Positions 22,101 through 34,249 of a DNA stretch of 64,000 nucleotides are shown here, piece by piece. The notes beneath the pieces are model-generated. The model did no database searches and had not been told where the DNA came from. It worked only from the letters and a program-made list of their open reading frames with translations. Every line of letters begins with the position of its first letter. Position 1 is the stretch's first letter. The position numbers and the translations under genes are program-made. Source of the DNA: Octopus vulgaris (Eukaryota); the NCBI GenBank assembly GCA_951406725.2, contig OX597823.1, forward strand, positions 5,580,001 through 5,644,000. The letters are read 5' to 3'.

Positions 22101-22787
22101 AGGCGTTTATGGACATTTTCAAATTATATTTGATGAAACAATGCAAACAACTTTTAGCTTATTTCATTTTTAAAAACAAATTAATCAAAGTGTCAATAAA
22201 ACTGCTAATCCGTGGAACCGAATCCTGCTACAGACTGCAAAGAGGTTTCGATTCCAGGTCAAAGCCATTTTGCTACAGACTAAATAAAATCTCCAATAAA
22301 AAGAACTGGATTGAGCACATTTTTTTTTTCACATTCTAAGCTCCTCTCAATACAACTGAGGGTGTAATTAATGAAAACAAAATCAACGTATGGATTTTTT
22401 ATTTAAAATATTTTCTGTGTGTTTTTCATTTCCGTTTTTTTTTTTCTCAACAAGAAAAGCAATATCTGTTTCCAAAATCACCAGCTTCTAATTGAGATTT
22501 TTAATTTAAATTGTTTTATTCTCATTCAACGAAGTCGGATATCTGAAACTGCAGTAAAAATAAGGGAACAATATTGACACAAGCAATATTGTCCGTCGTC
22601 CCCAATTAATTAAAAATAATGTGATGATGGTAACAACGATGCCAAGTTGTTGATGATGAAGAGGGATTTAAAAAAAAAAAGAGAAAGTTTGTTACTCACC
22701 AATGAAATCTTCTTTGAAATACACTTTCGCATTAGAAAGAGCAACTAAAACTAAGAAAAGCCCTCCGGATAGCGTAAGGCGCTCCAT
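8996..22787 (-). CDS. CALR: Calreticulin, complete spliced CDS (11 coding exons, 1245 nt, 414 aa)
   Basis: Exons joined by hand: 22787-22700, 18900-18793, 18692-18489, 16897-16803, 16692-16558, 14373-14185, 14081-13938, 11524-11432, 11089-11005, 10257-10178, 9019-8996. All introns are GT-AG with consistent phases. Signal peptide [20 protein letters not shown], family motifs [14 protein letters not shown] and IMFGPDICG, P-domain repeats KPEDWD and [26 protein letters not shown], acidic C-domain, no transmembrane segment (so not calnexin). Confidence 0.97.
10178..10257 (-). CDS. CALR: Calreticulin exon 10 (80 nt, or 77 nt from the distal AG): (E)[26 protein letters not shown]
   Basis: T-rich tract, tandem AAG-AAG acceptor, donor AAG|gtatat, acidic Ca-binding tail in the correct phase. 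Confidence 0.9.
11005..11089 (-). CDS. CALR: Calreticulin exon 9 (85 nt): [28 protein letters not shown]
   Basis: Acceptor ttttactttag, weak donor GAAG|gttggt, EKKMKD motif of the C-domain. Confidence 0.92.
11432..11524 (-). CDS. CALR: Calreticulin exon 8 (93 nt): [31 protein letters not shown]
   Basis: Acceptor tttcattag, donor AAG|gtaatg. Confidence 0.97.
13641..13790. repeat. Perfect 30-bp minisatellite x5 in calreticulin intron 7
   Basis: agtaaaccacttgcctagtatctaggactt repeated five times without mismatch. Confidence 0.98.
13938..14081 (-). CDS. CALR: Calreticulin exon 7 (144 nt): [25 protein letters not shown]...GFDLWQ
   Basis: Acceptor tctttacag, donor CAG|gtaaat, type-2 P repeats. 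Confidence 0.98.
14185..14373 (-). CDS. CALR: Calreticulin exon 6 (189 nt), P-domain: [15 protein letters not shown]...[14 protein letters not shown]
   Basis: Acceptor ttttccacttag, donor AAA|gtaagt, type-1 P repeats. Confidence 0.98.
15163..16120 (+). mobile_element. Penelope-like element (PLE) remnant: RT C-terminal half to 3' end, antisense in calreticulin intron 5
   Basis: RDDALA (YRDD catalytic motif), [48 protein letters not shown] (PLE IIWFNPPxSxNVKT motif), SELV near the end; CTGACGA at 16059-16065 followed by (TA)n. Confidence 0.85.
16558..16692 (-). CDS. CALR: Calreticulin exon 5 (135 nt): [20 protein letters not shown]...[11 protein letters not shown]
   Basis: Acceptor attacag, donor AAG|gtaact. 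Confidence 0.98.
16803..16897 (-). CDS. CALR: Calreticulin exon 4 (95 nt): (G)[31 protein letters not shown]
   Basis: Acceptor atctccag, donor AAG|gtgagg. Confidence 0.98.
18489..18692 (-). CDS. CALR: Calreticulin exon 3 (204 nt): (G)[10 protein letters not shown]...[14 protein letters not shown]...PYLIMF
   Basis: Acceptor ctttacag, donor G|gtgaat, calreticulin signature motif. Confidence 0.98.
18793..18900 (-). CDS. CALR: Calreticulin exon 2 (108 nt): (D)[35 protein letters not shown]
   Basis: Acceptor tctatttcag, donor G|gtatgc, AGKFYGD motif. Confidence 0.96.
22700..22787 (-). CDS. CALR: Calreticulin coding exon 1 (88 nt): [29 protein letters not shown]
   Basis: ATG at 22787, hydrophobic signal peptide, VYFKEDF motif, donor G|gtgagt, phase 1. 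Confidence 0.95.
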
Positions 22788-22966
22788 ATTTCTTTTTTTT
22801 ATTATTATTTATCGGTTTTTGTTTTTAAAAAAATTTTTCTTTTCGGGGGTCGAGCAGACACTTGCGTCAAATTGAAACCACGGCGCCGACTGAAGGCCAA
22901 GAGGGTTTTGTAGCGCTATTTGTTAGAGAGAGGTGGAGGCGAGGGGGAGGACATGTGATGAAGACA

Positions 22967-22985
22967 GATGGAAGCTGTTCATTGG
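22967..22985 (-). promoter_or_regulatory. Second, imperfect ERSE-like element
   Basis: Minus strand reads CCAAT gaacagctt CCATC (N9 spacing, 2 mismatches in the ATF6 half). Confidence 0.55.
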
Positions 22986-22998
22986 TCGAGACGTCCGA

Positions 22999-23017
22999 CC
23001 AATCGCAGCTCACCACG
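22999..23017 (+). promoter_or_regulatory. ER stress response element (ERSE) of the calreticulin promoter
   Basis: Exact CCAAT-N9-CCACG (CCAAT cgcagctca CCACG) about 210 bp upstream of the ATG. Confidence 0.85.
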
Positions 23018-26000
23018 CGCAATGCAGCCGTTGTTCAATCGAAATATCAAACGTTAGTTACATTAGAGTGTGTGCAATTCATGTTGAGAATAAATTCTAC
23101 GGTAGCCCCAAACTGCAACAAATGTTATAAATGCAAACCTAGTTCTCATTCATTCCGCCACAACCACTGCCAGTTGTTGCTGTGGTCGTCGTCGTGAATG
23201 TCACCACCGCCACCATCATCATTATGGTCATCAAGTTTTTTTTCCCGTCTTATCGCCAGTCATCATCACCTTCGTTACCGCCATCAAGCTTTGCTCTTTA
23301 TCTTATTGTCATCATAATCATCATTTACTCAAATATATCCTATATTTGTACCTAAAATGTGTTTGAGTGCTTGTCCGCCGTGAATAGTGCAACTGATAAC
23401 TGCTGACAAAGTCCGTGAGTGATCCGAGTTCAGTTCCCAGTTCCAACTATTTCACTCAATTCTTCTGGGAAAACCAGGAACGCCATAACGGTTATCCCCC
23501 ACCCACCCCATAAAATATATAACAAATGATCAATAAAAATGAATGTTTCTTGTCATAAACCTTCGCAGTTTAATGTGGTTCTTCTGGGAGGAGGGGTAAC
23601 CCCAGTTCAGCTTTGATCGAGTGGCTCTCTAACCACGAGCATTCCAGCTGGTTCTTTCCCGTTTTTTTTTTCTTTTACGGATATGTAGGTCTAAGTTATC
23701 CAGTATGTTCTGCGTATCCATATGTAGGGTGTGGCTTGGGGGAGATTTAGCTGCTATTTCTAGCAGGTTAACGGTCACATAGTGGTTACTTCAATGTTTG
23801 TCCCTATTTAGATGTGTGTATGCTCAGAACTGCCAGCAGAAATTTGGCAAAGTGGAACAAGGTTACTTTACCCTTTCTCTTCTCCCCCTTGTCCTAGTAA
23901 GTGATTGGAGGCTCCTTCCCATCATCAGAAATTTAGGAGGACCCTTCTGAGATGTCTGGGATAATGTACTAGGCCATGCATATGCTCACTTATGTATGCC
24001 TATATTTGTATTAATTTATTTTACATCTTTTACTAGTTCCAATCATTTTGGTTGAGGCAAAACCTGGGCCTCCTGTTCGATTAAGTGCAGATATTACAGT
24101 GCCGGTGGCACGTAAAAAGCACCCACTACACTCACGGAGTGGTTGGCGTTAGGAAGGGCATCCAGCTGTAGAAACACTGCCAGATCAGACTGGGCCTGGT
24201 GCAGCCTCCTGGCTTCCCAGACCCCAGTTGAACCGTCCAACCCATGCCAGCATGGAAAGCGGACGTTAAATGATGATGATGGCTATGTAGTTAAGAAATT
24301 CACTGCCCAACCTTGTGGTTTTGGATTTGATCCCACTGTGCAGCACCCACTATAGCTCCTACCCAACTGATGCTTTGTGAGTGAATTTTGTATCCAGAAA
24401 CTTTGTCTGTGTGCGTGTGTGTATTTGTGCTTTGCTTTTCTTCACTTGACAACTGGTATCCATTTACATACCCCATAACTTAACAGTTCAATCCAAGAGA
24501 CCAATAGAATAGGTACCAGATTTTAAAATGAAGCATAGAGGGCACCAGTTTGTTTGACTAAACTCTTCAGGTTCATGTCCCAGCATAGCTGCAGTCCAGG
24601 GGCTGAAACAAAGAAAAGATAAATGACAAGAGACTACAATAAAATAATAGCATTCCTTGTACTACCAGAAATGTGGACTTCTACTGGCCTAAGTGATACA
24701 ATAAGTCAATGTATTTAAAAAGCATGTGGTGTTCACTTCCAAAAGATCCTAATTACACATTTGTGTGGTACAGTCATTCATAAAGAGAAAAATAACAATT
24801 TTCACTTAAAGCATGAATGAAACCTTGAGTTAAAACATTAATGAGGTTACAACACTAATTAAAGTTTAAGTAAAAAATTGTTGCAAAAGTAACATTACAT
24901 CATCATCATCATTTAACGTCCGTTTTCCATGCTAGCATGGGTTGGACGGTACGACCGGGGTCTGGGAAGCCAGGAGGCTGCACCAGGCCCAGTCTGATCT
25001 GGCAGTGTTTCTACAGCTGGATGCCCTTTCTAATGCCAACCACTCTGTGAGTGTAGTGGGTGCTTTTTATGTGCCACCGACACGGAGGCCAGTCGAGGCG
25101 GCGCTGGCAACGGCCACATTCGGATGGTTCTTTTATGTGTCACCAGCACTGGTATCACAACTACAATTTCCATTGATTTTTTTTTATCGATTTCGATTTC
25201 GATTTCACTTGCCTCAACAGGTCTTCGCAAGCAGAGTTTTGTGTCCCAAGAAGGAAAGGTATGCATAAGTGGACTGGCTACATCCGAGGTAAAGGCCATG
25301 GGTTATGGTCTCACTTGTCCTGCCGGGTCTTCTCACGCACAGCATATTTCCAAAGGTCTCGGTCACTAGTTACATATACCTAAAATCCTCTCACTCTCTC
25401 TTGCTCTCCGTCAGTTAGAAGGGCTCCTCTTAGCTCCTTAAGTCTTGCCTATAAACACATTCATTGTTAGTTGTTTGTCTCTATTTCACTTCTTTTTCTT
25501 TTTCTGGAATGTAAAAACAGCAAAAATCTGTTGAAAACTAAAAATGAAGCATTTAAAAGACATAATGGACATCCATTGAAAAGGTACAGATCAATGTCGT
25601 GAAAAGTATTTTAGGGGCCATAAACAAACATCGTCTTTGGTAAAAAAGAAAGAAGTGAAATATAGACAAACAACAACTGGTATGTTTATAAGTAAATACC
25701 ATCATAAGCCCTGGGACTCATACGGCCAGTTATGCAATATTCAGGACATTTAAGTGACTGAGATCACAACTTACTGTCTGAGTGAGACACCAATCTATTG
25801 CAGTGAGTGAACTGGAAGAATGTGAAATGAAGTGCTTTGTTCAAGAAGACAAGGCACTGCCCTGTATGGGAATAGAAACCACAATCTCATGATCATGAGT
25901 GCAACACCCTAATCACTAGGCCATAAGCCTTCATTTTGAATGCTTCTATAGGTTTTATTTATTATGTCCTTCCCCAAATATAACAATATTGGTTTCACAT

Positions 26001-26479
26001 CAAAATTCTTGCAAAATAAATTCAAAATAAAAAAATATTTATTTCTAACTCAAAAACCATGCACAACTTTAGGAGGAGGTGAACTGTCAACAAAATTAAT
26101 CTTAGTGTTTAGCTGGTGCTTGGTTTATCTTTCATCCTTGCCCATAATTCCTCCAACCCACTCTAATAAATGGCAGCCAATCCTGGGCAGATCTGAAAGC
26201 AGAAATACAAAGGGAAGTAACTAAGCATTACCAGGTATTTTATTTGGTGCTTTGTCATTTCTGCTACTCCCTCACCACTCTCAACGATAATAATGAGAAA
26301 GCACTCTATATGGTTGATCTACCTGCTAGCAGTAGCGGCCCAATCTTCCTCAAAGTTCAAACTTTTTGTCTTGTTTTGGGAATTTGGTAGATGGAAACTG
26401 TTTAGAAGCTTGTGTGTGTGTGTGCATGCATGTATGTGTGTATGTGTGTGCCTTTAAGTTTGTCTCTAACACTGCTTGA

Positions 26480-27210
26480 CCACATCATCATTGTCATTTA
26501 TCACCCACTTTCCTTGCTGGCATGGCCAGAGAGCTGCACCAGGTTCCAGTCTGATTTGGCATGGTTTCTATTGCTGGATGCCCTTCCTAATGTCAACCAT
26601 TCCAAGAAGGTAATGCTTTTTATGTGCCACTGGCATGGATACCAGTTACATGACGCCGGCATTGGCCACAACTATGATTTCACATGGCTTGATCAGTCTT
26701 CTCAAGCACAGCATATCGCCAAAGGTCTCGGTCACTTGCTATCACCTCTGTGAGGCCCAACATTCAAAGATCATGTCATGGCTTCCTGGGTCTACCTCTT
26801 CCACAGGTTTCCTCCACAGTTAGAAATCAGCACTTCTTTATGCAGCTGTCCTTGTCCATACACATCACCAGACTATACCAACACAGTCATCTCAGGTTTT
26901 CTTTCTTGACGCTTACATTCTACCATACATGCACACTGACATTGCACATCCAGCAAAGCATACTAGCTTAATTTCTTTCAAGCCTTTGCATGTCCTCTGT
27001 GGTCACAGCCCAAAACTTCACTGCTGTGTAGCATGGTTTTTCACACACAGGCATCATACAATCTGCCTTTCCCTCTGAGGGAGAGGCTCTTTGTTAACAA
27101 CAAGGGTAAAAGTTCTCTGAACTTTGCCTATTTTTATTCTAGCAGCTACACTCTTGGAGCATCCACCTCTGTTGCTGACTTGGTCACCTAGGTAACGGAA
27201 GCTATCAATT
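26480..27210 (-). mobile_element. RTE-clade LINE 3' fragment. Related 3' ends with (GAT)n tails at about 6050-6545(+), 12880-13030(-), 24095-24280(+), 24897-25370(-), 29400-30056(-), 30057-30350(+), 30908-31130(-)
   Basis: Minus-strand translation IDSFRYLGDQ...AKFRELLPLL...GRLYDAC; GRGRPRKTW at 30058+; shared 3' UTR and short-repeat tail. Confidence 0.88.
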
Positions 27211-29266
27211 ACTACTAACTACAACTTCCTGTGTTAATTTCTGTTCACCCTGATAACTTAGCAGTGCAGCCAAAAGAAACCGCTGGGACACATACTATGC
27301 TTAAAATAAATACTAAGGTCAATTTGTTTGACCAAACTCTTCAAGGTGGTGCCCCAGCATGGCAGCAGTCAAGTGACTGAAACATGTAAAAGAATATAAA
27401 GAAAACAAAGAAATACATTGACTAAATGCAGTCGAAGATGTCTGCAGAAACTAAACTGGTCATAGGTCTTCTCAAGCAATACTGACCTAAAGTTAAACAA
27501 TGTAACAATTGCTTTTCACAGAAGCACAAGGTTCACACATACTGAGATGAGTTTGTACATATTTTATCAACTCTAGAAAAGTGGAAGGTAATGTTCACTT
27601 CGGGAAGAATTTAAACTGTGGCAGTAAAAAAGACTGCATTAGTGTGTTTCACTCCTTACCGATTCACTCAGTTCATCATTCCTAACAAGCATTATAATAA
27701 CCAGCAGAATATGTGAAAATTTCATGGCTTATATCAGCATATTTAAAAACATGTTAAAATGTTAAACAAAAGCAAGGACTTGTGAAAAATTTTTTCTTGA
27801 AATCCTGCCATTGGCGCAGGAGTGGCTGTGTGGTAAGTAGCTTGCTAACCAACCACATGGTTCCGGGTTCAGTCCCACTGCGTGGCACCTTGGGCAAGTG
27901 TCTTCTGCTATAGCCCCGGGCCGACCAATGCCTTGTGAGTGGATTTGGTAGACGGAAACTGAAAGAAGCCCATCGTATATATGTATATATATATATAAGT
28001 TGTGTGTATATGTTTGTGTGTCTGTGTTTGTCCCCCTAGCATTGCTTGACAACCGATGCTGGTGTGTTTACGTCCTCGTCACTTTGCGGTTCGGCAAAGG
28101 AGACCGATAGAATAAGTACTGGGCTTACAAAGAATAAGTCCCGGGGTCGATTTGCTCGACTAAAGGCGGTGCTCCAGCATGGCCGCAGTCAAATGACTGA
28201 AACAAGTAAAAGAGTAAAAAGACTAAAAGAGTATTTAATCAAAACTGTACTTTTAAATATAATTGAAATGAACTTAGAAGGTATTGCTTATTTACCTTCT
28301 TTTTAATGTTTGACGGATATGATGTGCTCTATAGTTTAAGGAAATAAAAGACGAATTAAAACAATAAAACCTATTCAAATATATACAAAAAGTAAACAAA
28401 CTACAGTTTATGTTGTCCAACCACCAATGCTCAGTCCAATTGAGATTATTTTCATTTCTTTTCATTTCACCCCAGTTCAGCTACCTACCTATTATAATCT
28501 ATTAATATGGCTTTCTATCTGCATTTCTATTGATATATCTATAGACTCATTTACATACCTATCTATCTGGCAAGCTATTTGTCTACCATATCTACTTTCC
28601 CTTCTGCTGGTGTATGCATCTGTCTACTTTCATAATACCAATGAGCATTTAAACCTAACAAAAAAAAAATGCATTATAGCAGTGTTCCAGCATGGCCACA
28701 ACTTTTGGTCTGGAACACTTAGAAGATAAAAGTGTAACATCCACAGCTATTTGCTAACTAAAGTTATTTCACTGTTGATATATCTTTAAATTTATGGATA
28801 TTCATGACATCGCTTCATTATGTTAAACATTTCAACTAGGCCTGCAATTGGAACACTCAAAAACAGAATGATATAGACCTTCTCCTGCTCTCTCTCTCTC
28901 TCTCTCTCTCTCTCATGTCTTCTCTTTTTATTTTTTCCCTGATTTCACAATTTCCATTTCTCTCTTTGTCTTCCCTTCTCTCTCTCTCACTATATATATA
29001 AATCTTTCTTCATTCGAATGAAACATACAGACAAAATAGCCAAACCACAGGAACCAGCAGAATAATAGTATAGATAATGTAAAGCTTCAAAATTATATAT
29101 GTATGTATGTATGTATGTATGAATGTACATACGCACACACACACGCACACATGCATTCATGTATATATACATATATTTACATAAAAAGCCTGCAGTCCAC
29201 TCTGCAAGGTGGTTGGTCTTAGGAAGGACATGGCTGCTTCCTTCTCTGGAGACTGTCAGAATGGAC

Positions 29267-29309
29267 GCCTCTGATGAAAAACCAATAAGGTTTGAAAATT
29301 GATTAAGGT
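29267..29309 (+). ncRNA. Minimal type-I hammerhead ribozyme motif
   Basis: cct CTGATGA a aaacc-aataa-ggttt GAAA attgat TA agg: stem I cct/agg, stem II aaacc/ggttt, self-complementary stem III AATTGATT. Confidence 0.65.
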
Positions 29310-30448
29310 TGTTCATAATTCTTTTTTTTCAGTCTGTGGAGAAATGGCTAAAATTTGCCCTGTTTATAATTATACTATATGTTATATATATATATATATC
29401 ATCATCATCATCATCATCATCATCATCGTTTAACATCTGTTTTCTATGCTAGCATGGGTTGGACGATTTGACTGAGGACTGGCGAATCAGATGGCTGCAC
29501 CAGGTTCCAATCTGATCTGGTAGAGTTTCTACAGCTGGATGCCCTTCCTAATGCCAACCACTCTGAGAGTGTAGTGGGTGCTTTTATGTGCCACCGGCAC
29601 GGGGGCCAGTCAGGCAGTACTGGCAATGACTTCGCTCAAATGTTTTTTCACATGCCACCAGCACAAGTGCCAGGAAGGCAACGCTGGTAACAATCACGCT
29701 TGAATGGTGCCTTTTACGTGCCACTGGCACGGAAGCCAATTAGCCTCTCCATCAACGATCATGCTCGGATGGTGCTCTTAGCACCCCACTAGCACAGATG
29801 CCAGTCATTAAATTTGATTTCGATTTCACTTGCCTCAACAGGTCTTCGCAAGCAGAGTTTAGTGTCCAAAAAAGAAAAGGTATGCATAAGTGGGCTGGTT
29901 ACGCATCTAGCATAGGCCATGAGGTTATGGTCTCATTTGGCTTGCCGGGTCTTCTCAAGCACAGCATATTTCCAAAAGTCTTGGTCACTAGTCATTGCCT
30001 CGGTGCGGCCTAAAGTTCGAAGTTCGTGCTTCACCACTTCATCCCATGTCTTCCTGTGGAAGAGGTAGACCCAGGAAAACCTGGAACGAGGTGGTAAAGC
30101 ACGATCTTTGAACTTTAGGTCTCACCAAGGAAATGACTAGAGACCGAGACCTATGGAAGTATGCTGTGCGTGAAAAGACCCGGCAAGACTAGTGAGACCA
30201 TAACCCGTGGCCTCTACCTTGTATGTAGCCAGTCGACTTATACATACCTTTTTTTCTTCTTGGGACACAAAACTCCACTTGTGAAGACCCGTTGAGGCAA
30301 GTGAAAATCAAAATCAAATCAAATCATATCAGAAAGCAGAAAGCAGAACCAAAATCGAAGTCGATCAACATGCACATACATGTACACACAGATATACATC
30401 TATATGGATACATGTATACATGCTTAAATACATACATATATATATATA

Positions 30449-30662
30449 AAGTTAATCCAAACAAGAAAGCACAAAAAACACAACAACGCGAGCACGTGGA
30501 ACAAATATAGTATTATTGGACGCTCAGGAAAGAAGGAAAGAAGGAGGGTTGAATGTTTCGAGCGGAGGTCTTCGTCGGAAACATAGGAGAAGGAAAGATC
30601 CAGAGAAGGGAAGACAGAGGAAAAAAAATCACCAACAGTACACACGAGGTCACATTTTGAAA
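30449..30662 (-). mobile_element. TA-embedded non-coding PLE-like repeat with a degenerate hammerhead (30548-30582); truncated relative at about 38490-38573
   Basis: Minus strand gttt CCGACGA a gacctccgctc GAAAC attcaac, flanked by (TA)n; shares ggacgctcagga and AC-rich segments with 38490-38573. Confidence 0.55.
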
Positions 30663-32443
30663 ATATATATATATATGCATGTGGGTTTGTAATTCTGAAA
30701 AGGGATCTCAGCTACAGGTAGTGACACTGCTGTCCCTTTCCCATGTCAGTAGTTTGTCCACTCTCTTTTAAATAGGATACATCCAACATGAGAAACAAGT
30801 AAAGATAAGCATCAAAAGCGGCATCTGACTGTGAAGCAAATCCCTCAATGCTATGTTCGTCTAACTCATGCTGGGATGGAAAAATGAATGTGAAACAAAC
30901 AAGCTATGTCATCATCATCCTCATAATCATCATCATCATCATTTAACATTTATTTTCCATGCTGGCATGGGTGGAATGCCAATGAGTTAGAGGACTGTTT
31001 TATGTTCCAGTGTCTGCTTTGGCGCCGTTTCTACAGTTGGTTGCCCCTTCTAATGCCGACCACTTTACAGCATGTATTGGGTGCTTTTCTCATGGCACCA
31101 GCACTAGTGAGGTTACCTTGCAGCTTGCAAGACTACCTACGATTCCCTTCAGAGGACGGGGTACAGAGGGAGGTGACTTTTTTGCTAGGTGATATGGGGG
31201 TCAATATATGAGGGAAAGGGCCAAAACAAAACAGATTTCTTGCTGTAGAGGAGCAACATGAATACTCATATCAAAGAAGAGGGCGTTATATAATGTGACA
31301 CTGGGTTCTCTGTACATAGGAAAAAATGGAGTGGTCATGGCTGGAATGTATTTCACCATAGGTCTGTATGAATAAAGCTGACCTGGGTATTGTAACTATG
31401 TTTTAAAAGTTGACATTTTTTTTATGTGAACTTGCAAGACTGAGTTCAAATATACCTGTGAAAAAGGAGAAAGCAAAATGAAGAAAAGGGGTTGTATTGA
31501 TCTAGGGGGGGCCTTTCTACCTTAGTTTGTATTGATCTAGGGGGGCCCTTCTACCTTGATGGCGTGATTTGAAGGAGATTTGATGATTAACTCCAGCAGG
31601 TCTAAAAATCATTGGCTTGTTGAGAGTTGTTCAACGCCTGAAGTACCTACATAGGTACCACAGGGATGCCTAATATATAATCTGTCGGATAAAATGATGC
31701 GCTTCAGAGTTATCTGTGTTCACCATAGAAACAATGCATTGTTGATGACGACATGATACAAAGTGCCAACCTCACACGAACAATATCAATAAGCAATTCC
31801 ACTGTCATCCAACTCTGCAACCAACTAGAACAGCTCATCACAATCAATATAATCAATGAACCAATGAAAGAGTCACTATGTGTTAGTTCAGCCTGCTAGA
31901 AACAACAGCCAAATTTCCTTGAAGTTACACCCTAATGTCTTTAAAAATATGTATATATATATATATGTATATTTTTACTTTTTATTCTTTTACTTGTTTC
32001 AGTCATTTGACTGTGGCCATGCTAGAGCATCGCCTTGAAGGGTTTTAGTCAATGAAATCGACTCCATGACTTATTTTTAAAGCCTAGTACTTATTCTATC
32101 AGTCTCTTTTGCTGAACTGCAAAGTAAACACACCAATACTGGTTGTCAAGCAGTGACGGGATGGGGGACAAACACAGGCATAAAGACACATAGAGAGACA
32201 CACATATACACACACACACACACATACATACATGCATACACACATATACAACGGGTTTCTTTCAGTTTCCATTTACCGAATCCACTCACAAAGCTTTGGT
32301 CAGCTTGAGGCTATAGTAGAAGACACTTGCCCAAGGTGCTATGCAGTAGGACTGTACCCGGAACCATGGAGTTGAGAAGCAAGCTTCTTACCACACAGTC
32401 ACGCCTGGACCTATAAATAAGTATGTATGTGTGTGTATGTATG

Positions 32444-32514
<71 letters not shown>

Positions 32515-32746
32515 TTCTACTCTTTTACCTGTTTCAGGTATTTGATTGTGGCCATGCAGGAGTACCACCTTTAGTCGAACAAATCAACCCCAGGACTTAT
32601 TCTTTGTAAGCCTAGTATTTATTCTATTGGTTCCTTTTGCTGAACCGCTAATTTACAGGACATAAACACACCAACCTTGGCTGCCAAGTGATTGGGGGGG
32701 GGGGGCAAACACAGACACACAAATATACACACACAACACACACACA

Positions 32747-32794
<48 letters not shown>

Positions 32795-33665
32795 CATATA
32801 TACATACATATTTATATATATATATATACACACACACACATATATATATATATACACACACACATATGACAGGCTTCTTTCAGTTTCTGTCAACCAAATC
32901 CACCTCACACAGCTTTGGTTGGCCTGAGGCTACAGTAGAAGACACTTGCCCAAGGTGCCATGCAGTGGGACTGAACCCAGAATGATGTGTTTGGGAAGCA
33001 AGCTTCCTACCACACAGCCATGCCTATATATAAAAACAATAACATGGTTGGGCTGAGCTGATTGAAACGTGTTCTTTATCAATGAACAAAACAATTACTG
33101 CATGTAAAAACAATGTTTGCTTCAGGTGAATTGAGAGCAAATTGTTTTGTTCATCAATAAAGAACACATCTGGAATAGCTGTAATGAACCTCAGCCCATC
33201 TGTTATTGCTTATACTTCATCACACTCAGAACCTTTCCTCCGTTGGATCTTGAGCCTACAGTGGATTGTGGAATGCGTGCTGGAGTGTACGCCTGTGTGA
33301 CTTTACATATATGTTACTTGGTCATTACTTGTGAATGTATGCACAACTGGAAGGACAAATTTGTATTTACTTTAGTAGGTATGTGAGTGTGCATACCCAC
33401 TGTTAGTGTACAGGTGCACTGACCCTGACTCTGCCTTGGTGCCTTTGTCATTTAATTACCTTGATTCAGTTGGATCCTAAAAATTATATATATATATATA
33501 GGCGCAGGAGTGGCTGTGTAGTAAGTAGCTTGCTTACCAACCACATGGTTCCGGGTTCAGTCCCACTGCATGGCATCTTGGGCAAGTGTCTTCTGCTATA
33601 ACCCCGGGCCGACCAATGCCTTGTGAGTGGATTTGGTAGACGGAAACTGAAAGAACCCTGTTGTA

Positions 33666-33718
<53 letters not shown>

Positions 33719-33930
33719 GTGTGTCTGTATTTTTCCCTCTAGCATTGCTTGACAACCGATGCTGCTGTGTTTATGTCCCCGTCACTTTGCGGTTCGGCAA
33801 AAGAGACTGATAGAATAAGTACTGGGCTTACAAAGAATAAGTCCCGGGGTCGATCTGCTCGACTAAAGGAGGTGCTCCAGCATGGTCACAGACAAATGAC
33901 TGAAACAAGTAAAAGAGAGAAAGAGATATA

Positions 33931-34202
33931 TCGTTGCTATTAAGTTAAATAGATTGCTTCATATATGGGCTGAGCTTTTTTATGTTCAAATTTGGCCAAA
34001 TGCAATTTTTTCAATATTTAATTTTTGCTTGCAATAGCCAGTTCTTTAGGTTAAACTATCGTATCTCCAGCTGCTTCAGATGCCAAGATATCAAAAATTG
34101 TCAAAGTGTGCTACAATGGTTTTGCTATGGAATGGTGAGACTATTTTTCCGTTTACTGAAAAAGCAATGTTTGGGACTTACAACACTTTTGCAAAATAGC
34201 AA

Positions 34203-34205
<3 letters not shown>
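33931..34205. mobile_element. MITE with TCGTTGCTATT terminal inverted repeats in a TA context
   Basis: ta-tcgttgctatt ... aatagcaacga-ta. Confidence 0.6.

Positions 34206-34246
<41 letters not shown>

Positions 34247-34249
<3 letters not shown>

Noticed and set aside
27813-27890. tRNA gene-like A/B boxes (also at other SINE heads)
   Set aside because: No complete cloverleaf; each continues into a SINE body present in many copies.
31700-31850. Possible coding exon (YKVPTSH...TVIQLCNQL)
   Set aside because: Contains stops and frameshifts; at best a decayed L2/CR1 LINE 3' end.
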